From IMG/VR virus record IMGVR_UViG_3300016484_000479, positions 1 through 45,088 of that record: 45,088 nt of DNA; one strand, written 5' to 3'. The notes under the pieces were generated by a model. It searched no databases and had not been told where the DNA came from. It saw only the letters and a program-made list of their open reading frames with translations. The stretch is from a virus. Its lineage: Duplodnaviria > Caudoviricetes. Below, piece after piece: positions 15,900-25,777 of the stretch (its first letter is position 1; each line of letters begins with the position of its first letter). Position numbers and translations under genes: made by a program.

Positions 15900-17408
15900 A
15901 TGCGCATAATCAACACTGCCGAGCTTGACTTGCTCAACCTATCCACCGACGAAAACTACTGGGTTTACAACGGCCTTGACAACTGCGTGACGCTCGAAAT
16001 TTTCAACGAGCTCAACGCCATGATCGACGACACCGCGCGCCACACATACGAGTTTTCCAAAGCACTTCAGGCCCCGGTGCTGGAGATGAATATGCGCGGC
16101 GTGCTGGTCAACCAGAACCGGCGCCGCGAGGTCATCGCGGATTTCGAGGCCAAGACCCGGCGGCTGGAAGCTCAGCTATCCGTCATCCTCGACGGCGTAT
16201 TCGATCTGCGTGGGTTTAACTGGGCCAGCCCGGCACAGTGCAAGAACCTCTTCTACGAAGTCATGCGCCTCCCGGTGCAGAAGAAGCGAAACGCCCACGG
16301 CATCTTCGCCCCCTCGACTGACCGAGCCGCGCTGGAGAAACTATCCATCTATCCTGTAGCCGAGCCAATCATCAACCATGTGCTGATGCTACGCGACTTG
16401 GGCAAGAGCCTTGGTTTCCTCCGCACCCCACTTGACTCCGACGGTCGCCTTCGCACGACGTTCAACATTGCGGGCACAGTGACCGGCCGGTTCGCCTCAT
16501 CCGCCGATGACTTCGGCACTGGCACCAACCTCCAAAACATCACCGAGTCGCTCCGTTCCATTTTCGTCGCCGATCCGGGCTACAAGTTTGCAAACCTTGA
16601 CCTCGAGCAAGGCGATAGCCGCAATGTGGGCGCCCTCTGCTGGAACTACTTTGTAGAGTCCCACGGTGAAACCTTCGCCGGTGCCTACCTCGACGCCTGT
16701 GAGTCCGGTGACCTCCACACCTACGTGACCAAGCTGGTCCAGCCCAACCTCCCATGGGGCAGTGCACCGGACCGTCAGATCGCTGACCTCCCATTCTACC
16801 GAGCGAAGTCCTACCGCGACGGGTCGAAGGCACTGGGCCACGGGTCGAACTACCTCGGCAAGGCCGCACACATGGCCAAGCAGACTAAGTTTCCATTCCG
16901 CGACGTTGAGAACTTCCAGAAGAAATACTTCGAGACCTTTCCCTGCATCCCTGAGTGGCACAAGCGGGTGTTCTGGAAGCTGGAAAACCTTGGCTTCCTT
17001 GAGAACCTCTTCGGTCGCCGCCGGTGCTTTTTCGGGCGGTTGAACGAAGATGCAACCAGGCGTGAAGCTGTGGCTCATGAAGGCCAGTCAATGACTAGCG
17101 ATGAGATCAACACTGGTCTGCTCAACCTGTGGCGCGCCAACCGGGTGCAGCTACTGATCCAGGTCCACGACTCAATCCTTTTCCAGTTCCCTGAAGAGCA
17201 GGAAGACGAGATCGTCCCGTGGGCGCTGGAGGCCCTCAAGGCCCCGCTGGTCCTTCTACGCGACCGGCCTTTTGTGGTGCCTACGGAAGCCAAGGTAGGC
17301 TGGAATTGGGGCAACCATAGCCCTGATAACCCCGATGGCCTAACCAAGTGGAAAGGCCACGATCCCCGCACCCGCACCGAAACTCGTTTCAAGTTGAGCC
17401 TCCTGTGA
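15900..17408 (+). CDS. polA: Family A DNA polymerase (ExoIII helix + polymerase domain; subunit 2)
   Basis: YNGLD ExoIII, TVTGRFAS, NLQNI, motif A DLEQGDSR, motif B KALGHGSNY, motif C QVHDS; GGAG RBS before ATG 15900. Confidence 0.93.
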   Translation: MRIINTAELDLLNLSTDENYWVYNGLDNCVTLEIFNELNAMIDDTARHTYEFSKALQAPVLEMNMRGVLVNQNRRREVIADFEAKTRRLEAQLSVILDGVFDLRGFNWASPAQCKNLFYEVMRLPVQKKRNAHGIFAPSTDRAALEKLSIYPVAEPIINHVLMLRDLGKSLGFLRTPLDSDGRLRTTFNIAGTVTGRFASSADDFGTGTNLQNITESLRSIFVADPGYKFANLDLEQGDSRNVGALCWNYFVESHGETFAGAYLDACESGDLHTYVTKLVQPNLPWGSAPDRQIADLPFYRAKSYRDGSKALGHGSNYLGKAAHMAKQTKFPFRDVENFQKKYFETFPCIPEWHKRVFWKLENLGFLENLFGRRRCFFGRLNEDATRREAVAHEGQSMTSDEINTGLLNLWRANRVQLLIQVHDSILFQFPEEQEDEIVPWALEALKAPLVLLRDRPFVVPTEAKVGWNWGNHSPDNPDGLTKWKGHDPRTRTETRFKLSLL

Positions 17409-18616
17409 AGCGTCGCCTCCCCAACTTCATCGACGGGTTCATGCAGTTCATGGCGGACAAAGGCTCGCCTACGCTCTATACCCGCTGGACCGCAATCTTT
17501 GTCTTGGCCGCTGCGTGTGAGCGCCGGGTCTGGCTTGAGACGGTTAAGGGGGTGCTCTACCCAAACCAATACATCATCCTTGTCGGCCCCGCTGGTATCG
17601 GTAAGAGCGTGTGCACTAACTATGCATACGATCTGCTCGACAGCTTACGCACTCCTGAGTCCGAGTTCCACATCGCCCCAACCAGCGTAACCAAGGCATC
17701 CCTTATTGACGCACTGGAGAACGCGGAACGGCGGCTGGTCCGCCCGACTCACGTGCCCCCGGTCGTCACCTTCAACTCCCTCTCGATCATCCCGAACGAG
17801 CTGGGTGTCTTCCTTCCCTCATGGGAGGGGGACTTCATGAACGTGATGACCGACCTGTGGGACTGCAAGCGGTATTCCGAGAAGCGCCGGACGAAGAACC
17901 TGTCGATCTCGATAAGTGCCCCGCAGCTCAGCATGCTGTCCGCCACAACGCCGGCCTACCTGAACGGGTTCTTGCCCGAAGGCGCCTGGGAACAAGGCTT
18001 CATGTCCCGAACGCTCCTTGCCTTTTCCGGCGAGGTTATCCACAGCGATCTATTCGCTGAGCGGGTGGTCGACGAAAAGCTGTGGGCCGACCTGTGCGCC
18101 GACCTCAAGGAGGTGTATAAGTTGTTTGGGGAACTGACCGTCCTTGACGAAACCAAAGAGGCGCTTAACGCTTGGTCACGGTCAGGCGGCCACCCGGTTC
18201 CTGACCACCCGAAGCTCATGTCCTACAACACTCGTCGGCCAGCCCACTTGCTTAAACTCTGCATGGTTGCCTCGGTCGCCTCGGACAGTGAGCTAACCGT
18301 ATCCCTCGACCACTTCGTCGAGGCCCTTGATTGGCTCACCGAACTTGAGGCCTTCCTCCCCGACATCTTCAAGTCAATGAGGACGGGTGGTTCGGGCGCG
18401 GCGATCGACGAGTGCTGGCACTTCTGCTACGCGGAATACCTGAAGAAGAACAAGAAGCCGGTGCCTGAACCCCTGCTTTATGCCTTCCTCCAGGAGCGCG
18501 TGCCAGTGCACTCCGTCGCCCAGATTATCGAGGTCATGGTCAAGGCTGGTGTGCTTACCAAGCAGATGACGGAAACAGGCGGGATAGGCTACCTGCCGAA
18601 AACCCGTAGCGCATGA
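17405..18616 (+). CDS. DUF3987-like AAA+ ATPase, putative replicative helicase without primase domain
   Basis: YPNQYIILVGPAGIGKS Walker A, IIPNE Walker B variant, GFMSR arginine finger; GTGA overlap with pol. Confidence 0.75.
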   Translation: MKRRLPNFIDGFMQFMADKGSPTLYTRWTAIFVLAAACERRVWLETVKGVLYPNQYIILVGPAGIGKSVCTNYAYDLLDSLRTPESEFHIAPTSVTKASLIDALENAERRLVRPTHVPPVVTFNSLSIIPNELGVFLPSWEGDFMNVMTDLWDCKRYSEKRRTKNLSISISAPQLSMLSATTPAYLNGFLPEGAWEQGFMSRTLLAFSGEVIHSDLFAERVVDEKLWADLCADLKEVYKLFGELTVLDETKEALNAWSRSGGHPVPDHPKLMSYNTRRPAHLLKLCMVASVASDSELTVSLDHFVEALDWLTELEAFLPDIFKSMRTGGSGAAIDECWHFCYAEYLKKNKKPVPEPLLYAFLQERVPVHSVAQIIEVMVKAGVLTKQMTETGGIGYLPKTRSA

Positions 18617-18620
18617 GGGC

Positions 18621-18654
18621 GATATGCCCCAACCCATAAAGGGTCAAGGCATAC
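18621..18654. promoter_or_regulatory. Dispersed ACCC-N5-GGGT element, copy 3, at the convergence of both arms
   Basis: GATATGCC-CCA-ACCC-ATAAA-GGGT-CAA-GGCATAC occupies most of the 43-bp gap between convergent stops. Confidence 0.75.
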
Positions 18655-18659
18655 CCACC

Positions 18660-21600
18660 TCAATCCACATACGGGCTATCTTCATTCAGCATCTGGAGCA
18701 TTTCCTTCATGCCGAGGTAGGAGTTGAACGGCACAAGCCTGGCCGCCGCTCGCTTCTGCCCTGGCGTGGGCTCTTCGCTCAGCGCCCCGCCGGCCGCCCT
18801 GGTTGCGTCATTCACCAGCCCGGCGGTCGGCCCCGCTATTGCCTCGATCGGCCCGCCTACATACCGCTGAGTATTGCCCTGCATCGAGGCGTCCGGGTTG
18901 AACATCCGCCCGGCAGCGAGCAGTGGAGTCTTGGTGGGATTAAAGGCGAAACCCCCAGCGCCAGTAGTCTTTTCCGTGATAGCCCCAACCTCCATTGGAA
19001 GGGTGAACAGGCCAGAAGCGTCAAGCCCCTCCCCGATCATGTAGCCTGGGTTCTTCGCCGACTCCTTAAACTTCTCCCAGCTCTCTTCCCCGTTCCGCCA
19101 AGCCTTAACAGTGGACACCAGCATTCCGATCGTGGTGAGCCCGATCAGCCCCGAAATCATATTCGCCTTCCCAAGCTGCATGTTGCGGAGCAGAAGCCGC
19201 TGGTGTGCGGCCATTGCGAAGCTCTTGAACTGGGTCATTAGGCGGGCCATCGGACGGCGCCAGACCAGCGGGATGTCACCGGCCCCACGAGTCACGATGT
19301 CACTATTCACGTTCCGAGCGATCGCGCCCCGGTAAGCTCGCACGGCCTCCCAGCTTTTCCACTTCTCCGTGTTCGCGGCCCAGACATCGTTGACCTTCGT
19401 CGCGTGAGTGCGAAGCTCGTCCCCGACCAGCGCGGCCATATCTTCGTCCATGCCTGACCAAGCGATCCATCGCCGCTGGTCCTTTGTCATCTTCCCGCCC
19501 ATCAGCGCAGCGTTCATTTTGTCTTGCACGATGATGGCGTCGAGGCCCTTCTCAAAGTTGGTGAGCATGTTAAGCCCGTTCCACTTCGAGGCGATATGGA
19601 CCGCGTTGTCCGCGAACCGCTCGAGCGCCGTGCCAGGGGCCAGCGTGTCCCCGACCTCCGCCATCGTCTGCAGTCGGCTGTGCCCATACTGCTCCATAAT
19701 CCCTGCGTAGCGTGCCTCTTCCAACAGCGGTAGGCGCGTGACTTCATTCATCATCGCGCTGATGCCCTGCATATATGGTCGCAGTCCGTGGATCATCGCG
19801 GGGGTATAGAGTTCGGTAAGGCTCGAGATAGCCGCACCACCCATAGAGCGGATATAGTTGAACGAAAGAAGCAGTCGTGCGACTCGGCCAACCGTGCTTG
19901 CGTTTTCGGCTGCGAGGTAGTTGCCGAGCAGAATGTCACGCACGGCCTGCGTGTCCTTAATCGCCCCTTCGCGATCGGCTTGGATTTCGAGCCGCTGTTT
20001 CTCGCTCGTCGACTCAGCCATCAGTCGGTCATAGTCTGCCTCGACCCGCTTCAGCTGTTCCGCCATATTCACATCACCGAAGCGGTTAGCAAGTTCGATC
20101 TGGGGCGCCAGCTTCCTCACATACCGCTCGCCTACCCGACGCACGTTGGACTCGAGGAACTCTTCGATGTCAACGTCAGGGATGTGGAACGTTCGGTCGC
20201 GCAGGGGGCCGTAAGCGATCGGCAGCCGGAACTGCGGGTCAACCACACCCGAGCCAAAGTCATTGCCGACGATCCGGTTGAACAGATCGACGGCGAGGTC
20301 GTTAGCATGGTCGGTGAAGTCCATGACTTTACTCTCATTGACCCCATTAACAGCATGCTGTTTCACCCAGTTCGTAGTAAAAGGCCCGTCAATAAGCTCT
20401 CCTCCCGAGTGCCATTGGACCTGGGCGCTTACGTAAGGGGCATTGTGAGCATGGGCAACAGCAATTCGGTTATTTCCCTCCATTATCCAAGGCTTACCCC
20501 CAGCGTCAACAGAAATAAGGATTGGGTGCTCGTCGGCTTTAAACCCTTCTGCGAGCACAGCTTTATCCAGGGCATCAAACTTAGGCTGTCCCGGTTTTGG
20601 GTTTTCGCCATTTCTACCCTCAATACCGATAAGATCACTTGGTCGAAAACGAACTAACTTTTTGGTATAAGCCGTAGCGGGGCCAAGCACCCCAGACTCT
20701 CTAACCCTTATCCGAGTTCGCTCTAGCCACTCCCCGCCGGGGTTATCAACCCCTATTTTGACATCTGGGGGAATATCAGTAACTGTAATGATTTCCTTCC
20801 CCAGCCTTCCAATCTCCCACTTATCCGCGAACTCGCGCTCCAGTTCCTTCTTCAGCTCCTCAACCTTCGCCAGCCGATCGGTGATCCGCTGCGGGTCGAG
20901 CGCGGCCTGCTTGTCCCGCCAGCGCGCGATCTTTTCGGCCCGGCTCAACGTGCCTTCGTTGACCGCAGCAACCATTTCGCGCACAACTGCGCGGAGCTCA
21001 TCGGCCTCAAGCTTAACATCCCGGCCTTCGAGCAGGCTAAGACGCTCGTCCAAATCATGCAGTCGGGCCAACCGCTTAGCCTCTTGTGCCCTCGCCTTCT
21101 CTAGCTTTTCCGCGAGCGCAGCGTTTGCCGGGTCTTCCTTCAGCTTCTCGATCGCCTCCAGGTTCTTCTCATCCGCGTTCCGCACACGCTCAACCAGGGC
21201 GGAAAACTGATCCCGCAGCGCCTGCACCTGGGCCTCTGCCTTAGCCGCATCGAGCCGCTGCAGCTCCTTCGCCAGCTTCTCGCCCCGAGTCACCAGCCGC
21301 TCCATCGCCCGCTGGTTGCTTTCCGAGGCCTTCGCGATCCGGTCTTCGATCTTCGAGGACTTCTCTGCTAGGCCCGCCTCGTTAAAGCTCAGCGCCCGGT
21401 TCCGGCGGCGGATGTCATCTCGTTCCTTCAAGAACGCCTGGAACTCTTCGCCGCCGCTTTCTCGCAGAGCCTTGATCTGGTCCCGAATCACCTGCCGGTC
21501 ATCCGGGCTAGCCTTCCGCAGGTCCGCTTGCAGTTTATTAATCCGGGTTTGCAGGGCCATCTCGTTCGGGCTGGCTCCCTCCAGCGCGGATAGGCGGGCC

Positions 21601-23096
21601 TGCTGCTCTTCCAGCGCGGTCGTTCGTTCTTCAGCCGTAAGGCCGAGGTCCTGCCGTTCCTGCTCAAGCCGGCCGAGGCGCTTCTGCAGCTTTTCCAGCT
21701 GCTTGGCATACCCCTCTTGCATTTGCTGGTTGAGCCAGTTAGACGCAATAGCCACGAACCGGGGCTGGTTGGCCACCATCGCCTCGATATTGTAGACGCG
21801 GGAGAAGTAGCTGGGCGCCTCGCTAACACTCAGGTCTTCCGGCAAAAGTCCCGCAGCAGTTGCACGTTCAGCCAGCGGATCAAACACCCGCTTGCGCCAC
21901 AGGGACGCGGCCTTAGCCACCAGCGAGTTATCGCTTTCATCGCCTCGGCGCATGGCTCGCCCAACTTCAACGTCGAAGTCGTCAACCCGCATTCCGAGCT
22001 TCTTTGCATCGGCTGCCAGCTGGGTATGGATTGGCAGGGCTTGGTCCAGGGTTTCGCCGATCGTTACCCTAACCCCGGTCTCGACCGGCAGCCCAACTGT
22101 CTTCCCCTCTTCGTGCAGTCGCTGATACAGCGGGTTATCCGCCAGCCCCTGAAAAGTCTCCCGCACCACCGGCGACAGGCGGAAGTTGCCCCGCAGGTTA
22201 GGTGTGATCGCCGTTGCCTTCGCCAGTGCCTGTGTTGTCGTGCCCGAAATCGTCAGGTCACTGATGCTATACCCCTGCACCGCAGCGGAACCCGCACTTC
22301 CCGGTATCGGCACCCGAACCGCGATCTGCTCCAGCTCCTCCAGCGCGCGTTCACTAGAAGCAAGCTCGGCCCGGCTCATCTTTCCAACCGCTGCGCCAAG
22401 CACACCGCCGAGCACGATTGCGCCGCTGATGTTAAGCAGGCTTTCCTCCATCGGCCGCACATCTTGACTGGCCTGCAACCCAGCCTCCTGCGCCGCAACG
22501 CCCGCACCGGCAGCCGCAGCCCCGACCAGCGCGCTACGACCGACACGCCAAATCCCCTTGCTGCCGAGCGACAGCGCCCCACCGCCAGGGATCAGCACGG
22601 TTGGATCAGCGATGCCGTTAACTGTTGCCGACAGCAAGCCCGCCATGCCAGACGACTGGAGCAATCGGCGGTCTTCCTCTTGCCTGTCGATCGACCGCTT
22701 ATACGCCTCGGTCACCACCGGGCTGTTCGACTTGACGAAAACGTCTTTCCAGTAGGCTTCGTATTTCGTTCCCTCAATCTCAGCCCAAGCATTATACCCC
22801 GGCTTCGCGGGCTCCATCATCGTGCCGAGCGAGTCTATCCCGGCCATACCGACCGAGCCCAGCAGGTTCTCTGTCCGGAACCCGGCCATTTCAACCTCGT
22901 CCGGCACCAGCATGTCATAGGCGCCAAGCAGCGGGTTGACCGCGAAAGTTGCCAGCGACTTAACCAGCTCGAACGTCGTGCGCTTCGGCAGTTCGGTCGT
23001 TGGCTCGGGTAGCTGTGCAGCCTTCCGCTGCTGTTCCGCCACCGGCTCGGGCAGGTTAACCAGGCCGCTAAAGTCGAGTGGGTCAATCTGGGCCAT
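18660..23096 (-). CDS. Large internal virion (DNA ejection) protein with coiled-coil region and inserted ParB/Srx-like domain
   Basis: 1478 aa, last gene of the virion operon, TM-like Gly/Ala segments, LMTQFKSF motif typical of podovirus ejection proteins, MEGNNRI in a low-GC insert. Confidence 0.8.
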   Translation of the reverse strand: MAQIDPLDFSGLVNLPEPVAEQQRKAAQLPEPTTELPKRTTFELVKSLATFAVNPLLGAYDMLVPDEVEMAGFRTENLLGSVGMAGIDSLGTMMEPAKPGYNAWAEIEGTKYEAYWKDVFVKSNSPVVTEAYKRSIDRQEEDRRLLQSSGMAGLLSATVNGIADPTVLIPGGGALSLGSKGIWRVGRSALVGAAAAGAGVAAQEAGLQASQDVRPMEESLLNISGAIVLGGVLGAAVGKMSRAELASSERALEELEQIAVRVPIPGSAGSAAVQGYSISDLTISGTTTQALAKATAITPNLRGNFRLSPVVRETFQGLADNPLYQRLHEEGKTVGLPVETGVRVTIGETLDQALPIHTQLAADAKKLGMRVDDFDVEVGRAMRRGDESDNSLVAKAASLWRKRVFDPLAERATAAGLLPEDLSVSEAPSYFSRVYNIEAMVANQPRFVAIASNWLNQQMQEGYAKQLEKLQKRLGRLEQERQDLGLTAEERTTALEEQQARLSALEGASPNEMALQTRINKLQADLRKASPDDRQVIRDQIKALRESGGEEFQAFLKERDDIRRRNRALSFNEAGLAEKSSKIEDRIAKASESNQRAMERLVTRGEKLAKELQRLDAAKAEAQVQALRDQFSALVERVRNADEKNLEAIEKLKEDPANAALAEKLEKARAQEAKRLARLHDLDERLSLLEGRDVKLEADELRAVVREMVAAVNEGTLSRAEKIARWRDKQAALDPQRITDRLAKVEELKKELEREFADKWEIGRLGKEIITVTDIPPDVKIGVDNPGGEWLERTRIRVRESGVLGPATAYTKKLVRFRPSDLIGIEGRNGENPKPGQPKFDALDKAVLAEGFKADEHPILISVDAGGKPWIMEGNNRIAVAHAHNAPYVSAQVQWHSGGELIDGPFTTNWVKQHAVNGVNESKVMDFTDHANDLAVDLFNRIVGNDFGSGVVDPQFRLPIAYGPLRDRTFHIPDVDIEEFLESNVRRVGERYVRKLAPQIELANRFGDVNMAEQLKRVEADYDRLMAESTSEKQRLEIQADREGAIKDTQAVRDILLGNYLAAENASTVGRVARLLLSFNYIRSMGGAAISSLTELYTPAMIHGLRPYMQGISAMMNEVTRLPLLEEARYAGIMEQYGHSRLQTMAEVGDTLAPGTALERFADNAVHIASKWNGLNMLTNFEKGLDAIIVQDKMNAALMGGKMTKDQRRWIAWSGMDEDMAALVGDELRTHATKVNDVWAANTEKWKSWEAVRAYRGAIARNVNSDIVTRGAGDIPLVWRRPMARLMTQFKSFAMAAHQRLLLRNMQLGKANMISGLIGLTTIGMLVSTVKAWRNGEESWEKFKESAKNPGYMIGEGLDASGLFTLPMEVGAITEKTTGAGGFAFNPTKTPLLAAGRMFNPDASMQGNTQRYVGGPIEAIAGPTAGLVNDATRAAGGALSEEPTPGQKRAAARLVPFNSYLGMKEMLQMLNEDSPYVD

Positions 23097-23098
23097 GG

Positions 23099-25777
23099 TT
23101 AGTATCCTCTAGTTTCCAGGTTGCGCTGGTAGCCTTCATCCAGCAGCTCCTGCCTTCTCCGATCCCTCGTCACCATATCCGTCCGGCCCTTGGCTGGATC
23201 AGCAGTGAACTGCAGGTTCGGAACCGTGCCGATGACTTTCTGGCCGTTGAACGTCGTCGTGTAAAATATCTGGTAGGGCACCGGCTTACCCGCGCGGAAA
23301 GCATTCGCAGTCAAGCGGGGCAGCGGCTGGAGCCACACCGAGTCAAGGTCTTTGTCCGAACCAAGGTGAGCCACCACTCGTTCTCGTGCCTGGTCGAACA
23401 CGTAGCGATGACTTCCAGCGATAGCCGGATACGCCTTAGTCGGCGGATATTTCATCAGCTGCCCTTCGACCACCCCGTAGAACCGAGTCATCTGGTCCCG
23501 TGCGTAAACCATCGCGGCCTCGGCGTCATGGAACTGGTCGTAGTGGTCAAGCGCAATGGTGCGGTAAGTTGTGCTCGCCTCAGCAAGCTGGGTTGGGGAA
23601 GTAAAGGTTTTGTCAGACTCACCCGTTACCAGCCCGAACGGGTCCATCACCTTTGCTACGATACCGCGGTCAGGTGTAAGCACATCGTTGAGCACGCTGC
23701 TCACATCCACCTTACCCAGCCGCGTAACCAGCTCTTGCCGCCCCGGATCGTTCAGCCCCGCTGGCTTCCGTGCTTCGGGCGAGTTCAGCTTCTGCACCCG
23801 CGCGGCAGCTTCGGTCGGGTTAAGGCCTAGGTTGTCTACTGCGTTAGCATAGACCGTCGCAGCCGTCTGGATTTGTTCGGCCCCTTGCACGCCAGCGAAG
23901 GCGTTCGGGTTAACCGCGATCATGCTCGACGCAACATGGGCCGCTGTCGCAACTGTCGCCGGGTCAGCTGACACCAACGCGCCTCGCAGCATCGTCCCGC
24001 CCTGCTTTGACAGGATACCGGTCTTTTCCCAGATATTCAGCACCGTGCCTAGGCGGCGGGCCATCGAAGCGTTAGGCTCGATCCGAAACGCCCGAGCCGT
24101 GCCCGCCTCAACCGCATCCACACTCGCCTTGTCATAAGGGTTGTAAGAGCCGGGGTTGTTATACATCTGGGCAAACACAGCTTCATCTGCATTGTTTTTC
24201 GCCAGACTCGCGACGATGCCCTCGGCCTTGTTGATCTCATCAAAATCCGTGAGCCAGCCGTCTTCACGCGCCTTCTGAATGTCAGCCGCGGTTTTCGATC
24301 CATCGTTCAGGCCGACGTAGAGCGCGTTCAGTCGTGCTTGGTGGGTTTCACGTTCGGCCAACTCCTGCGCCCGAGCCGCCTTAGCCGCTTCCTGCTCGGC
24401 CTGCTGTGCCTGCCGATCGAGGATCATAGCGGCCTGCCGGGAAACTTGGAGCTTCTGGGCACCATCAAGCAGGTCCAGCGCAGGGATGCCGGTTGGCCCG
24501 CTGGCCCCCTGCTTGCTTTCCCATTCAGCCATCCGGCGCTGGTAGTCGGCCTCATCGACCTGAACCACCCCGTGCTCGTCGGTCTGCATCCCCATCTTCT
24601 CAGCGGCCCACTTGACCATATCTTCGACAGTCTTGACCGAACGAAAAACCGTCCGGTTAGAGGCGATGGCGTCAGCCGAAACAACCTCCCCGATCGGAGT
24701 GTCAAGCCCGGCTTTCAGCACTTTGATCGCCCCAGCCGAACCGAGGAAGTGGGAAAGGTAAACGCTGGCGTTATTGACCCCGAGGCCTTCAGCCTTCAGC
24801 GCCTCAACGTTATCCCGTGTGAACCGCTCGGCCACCTGACGCGCCACGACTGGATCGCCCCGCTTGGCGAGGATTTCAGCCCGCGTCTCCCCGGTATTAC
24901 CGAACACCTTCTGGTAATACCCGGTGCCCCCTTCAGGCCCGGCCCAAGTGTTTTCGAGGAACTGGCCGAACCCTGTCGCGCTCGAGTTCGGGTTCTTACC
25001 CCGCCCCTCGACCGGGTCCATCTTAGCGATGTAACTGCCGAGGTCGAAGTCACCATCGGCGGTCATTGTATAGGTGCGCTGGGGCTTGGGAAGTAGGTGA
25101 GGAGCTAGCTTCTCTACAACTTGCTGCGGAAACTTCTCAGCATAAGCGATGCCTGCGAGTGGGATAAGCGCATCACGAGCCTTAGCAATCTGCGACTGCT
25201 TATCCGCCTCGCTGAGCTCCGGCCGCAGGTTGATAAGTCGGGTAGCCTCTTCAAGCGCCGCATCAAGGTTAAGCGGGTCATCCGTCGCCAGCCTGGTAAG
25301 TCCATCCATCGCAGCAGTAACCTGCCCAAGTCCGTAGGACCGCTGGTGCTCCATCTGCCATTCGAGTGCCTGGTTGCCGAAGGTTGTGCGGTGGGCGCTC
25401 AGCCGAACCGCTAGAGCCTGTCGGGCGTTTTCGCTATACCCGGCCGCCTCCGCCTCTTGCAGTATCTGCTGGTGCGCGGCCTCGGTATCCGCAAGCCACC
25501 GTTCGGTGAACTGCGGCGCATTCGCATCGGCCTCCTGCTTCCGCGCGGTAAGATCGGTATTGAGCCGAAGCAGCTCGTTGTTCGCCTTAAGGGTCAGATC
25601 GAACTCGTCGAGTTTATCCTGCTCCGCAATCCGCCGCTCGTTGTAACGGCGAAGTGAGTCAGCAAACTGCGCGGCACCGCTAAGCACAGCTTGCGCACCG
25701 GTTCCACCCGTGGCCTGAGCGTAGGGAAGCTGCGCCCGGCGGGTCGTGTTCGGGTTAGCGGGGACTCGGATGGGCAT
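23099..25777 (-). CDS. Internal virion protein with lytic transglycosylase/lysozyme-like domain
   Basis: VEG...KNPNSSATGFGQFLENTW...YLSHFLGSAGA. Confidence 0.82.
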   Translation of the reverse strand: MPIRVPANPNTTRRAQLPYAQATGGTGAQAVLSGAAQFADSLRRYNERRIAEQDKLDEFDLTLKANNELLRLNTDLTARKQEADANAPQFTERWLADTEAAHQQILQEAEAAGYSENARQALAVRLSAHRTTFGNQALEWQMEHQRSYGLGQVTAAMDGLTRLATDDPLNLDAALEEATRLINLRPELSEADKQSQIAKARDALIPLAGIAYAEKFPQQVVEKLAPHLLPKPQRTYTMTADGDFDLGSYIAKMDPVEGRGKNPNSSATGFGQFLENTWAGPEGGTGYYQKVFGNTGETRAEILAKRGDPVVARQVAERFTRDNVEALKAEGLGVNNASVYLSHFLGSAGAIKVLKAGLDTPIGEVVSADAIASNRTVFRSVKTVEDMVKWAAEKMGMQTDEHGVVQVDEADYQRRMAEWESKQGASGPTGIPALDLLDGAQKLQVSRQAAMILDRQAQQAEQEAAKAARAQELAERETHQARLNALYVGLNDGSKTAADIQKAREDGWLTDFDEINKAEGIVASLAKNNADEAVFAQMYNNPGSYNPYDKASVDAVEAGTARAFRIEPNASMARRLGTVLNIWEKTGILSKQGGTMLRGALVSADPATVATAAHVASSMIAVNPNAFAGVQGAEQIQTAATVYANAVDNLGLNPTEAAARVQKLNSPEARKPAGLNDPGRQELVTRLGKVDVSSVLNDVLTPDRGIVAKVMDPFGLVTGESDKTFTSPTQLAEASTTYRTIALDHYDQFHDAEAAMVYARDQMTRFYGVVEGQLMKYPPTKAYPAIAGSHRYVFDQARERVVAHLGSDKDLDSVWLQPLPRLTANAFRAGKPVPYQIFYTTTFNGQKVIGTVPNLQFTADPAKGRTDMVTRDRRRQELLDEGYQRNLETRGY

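Noticed and set aside
14600-15900. Intron or intein explaining the split polymerase
   Set aside because: The gap is filled by three ordinary genes with RBSs; no splice-junction residues, homing endonuclease or group I/II core seen
13596-17408. Hypermodified-base system (dU, hmU, Z or 7-deazaguanine DNA)
   Set aside because: No dCMP deaminase, hydroxymethylase, PurZ, Que or DpdA-like genes recognised; only methyltransferases
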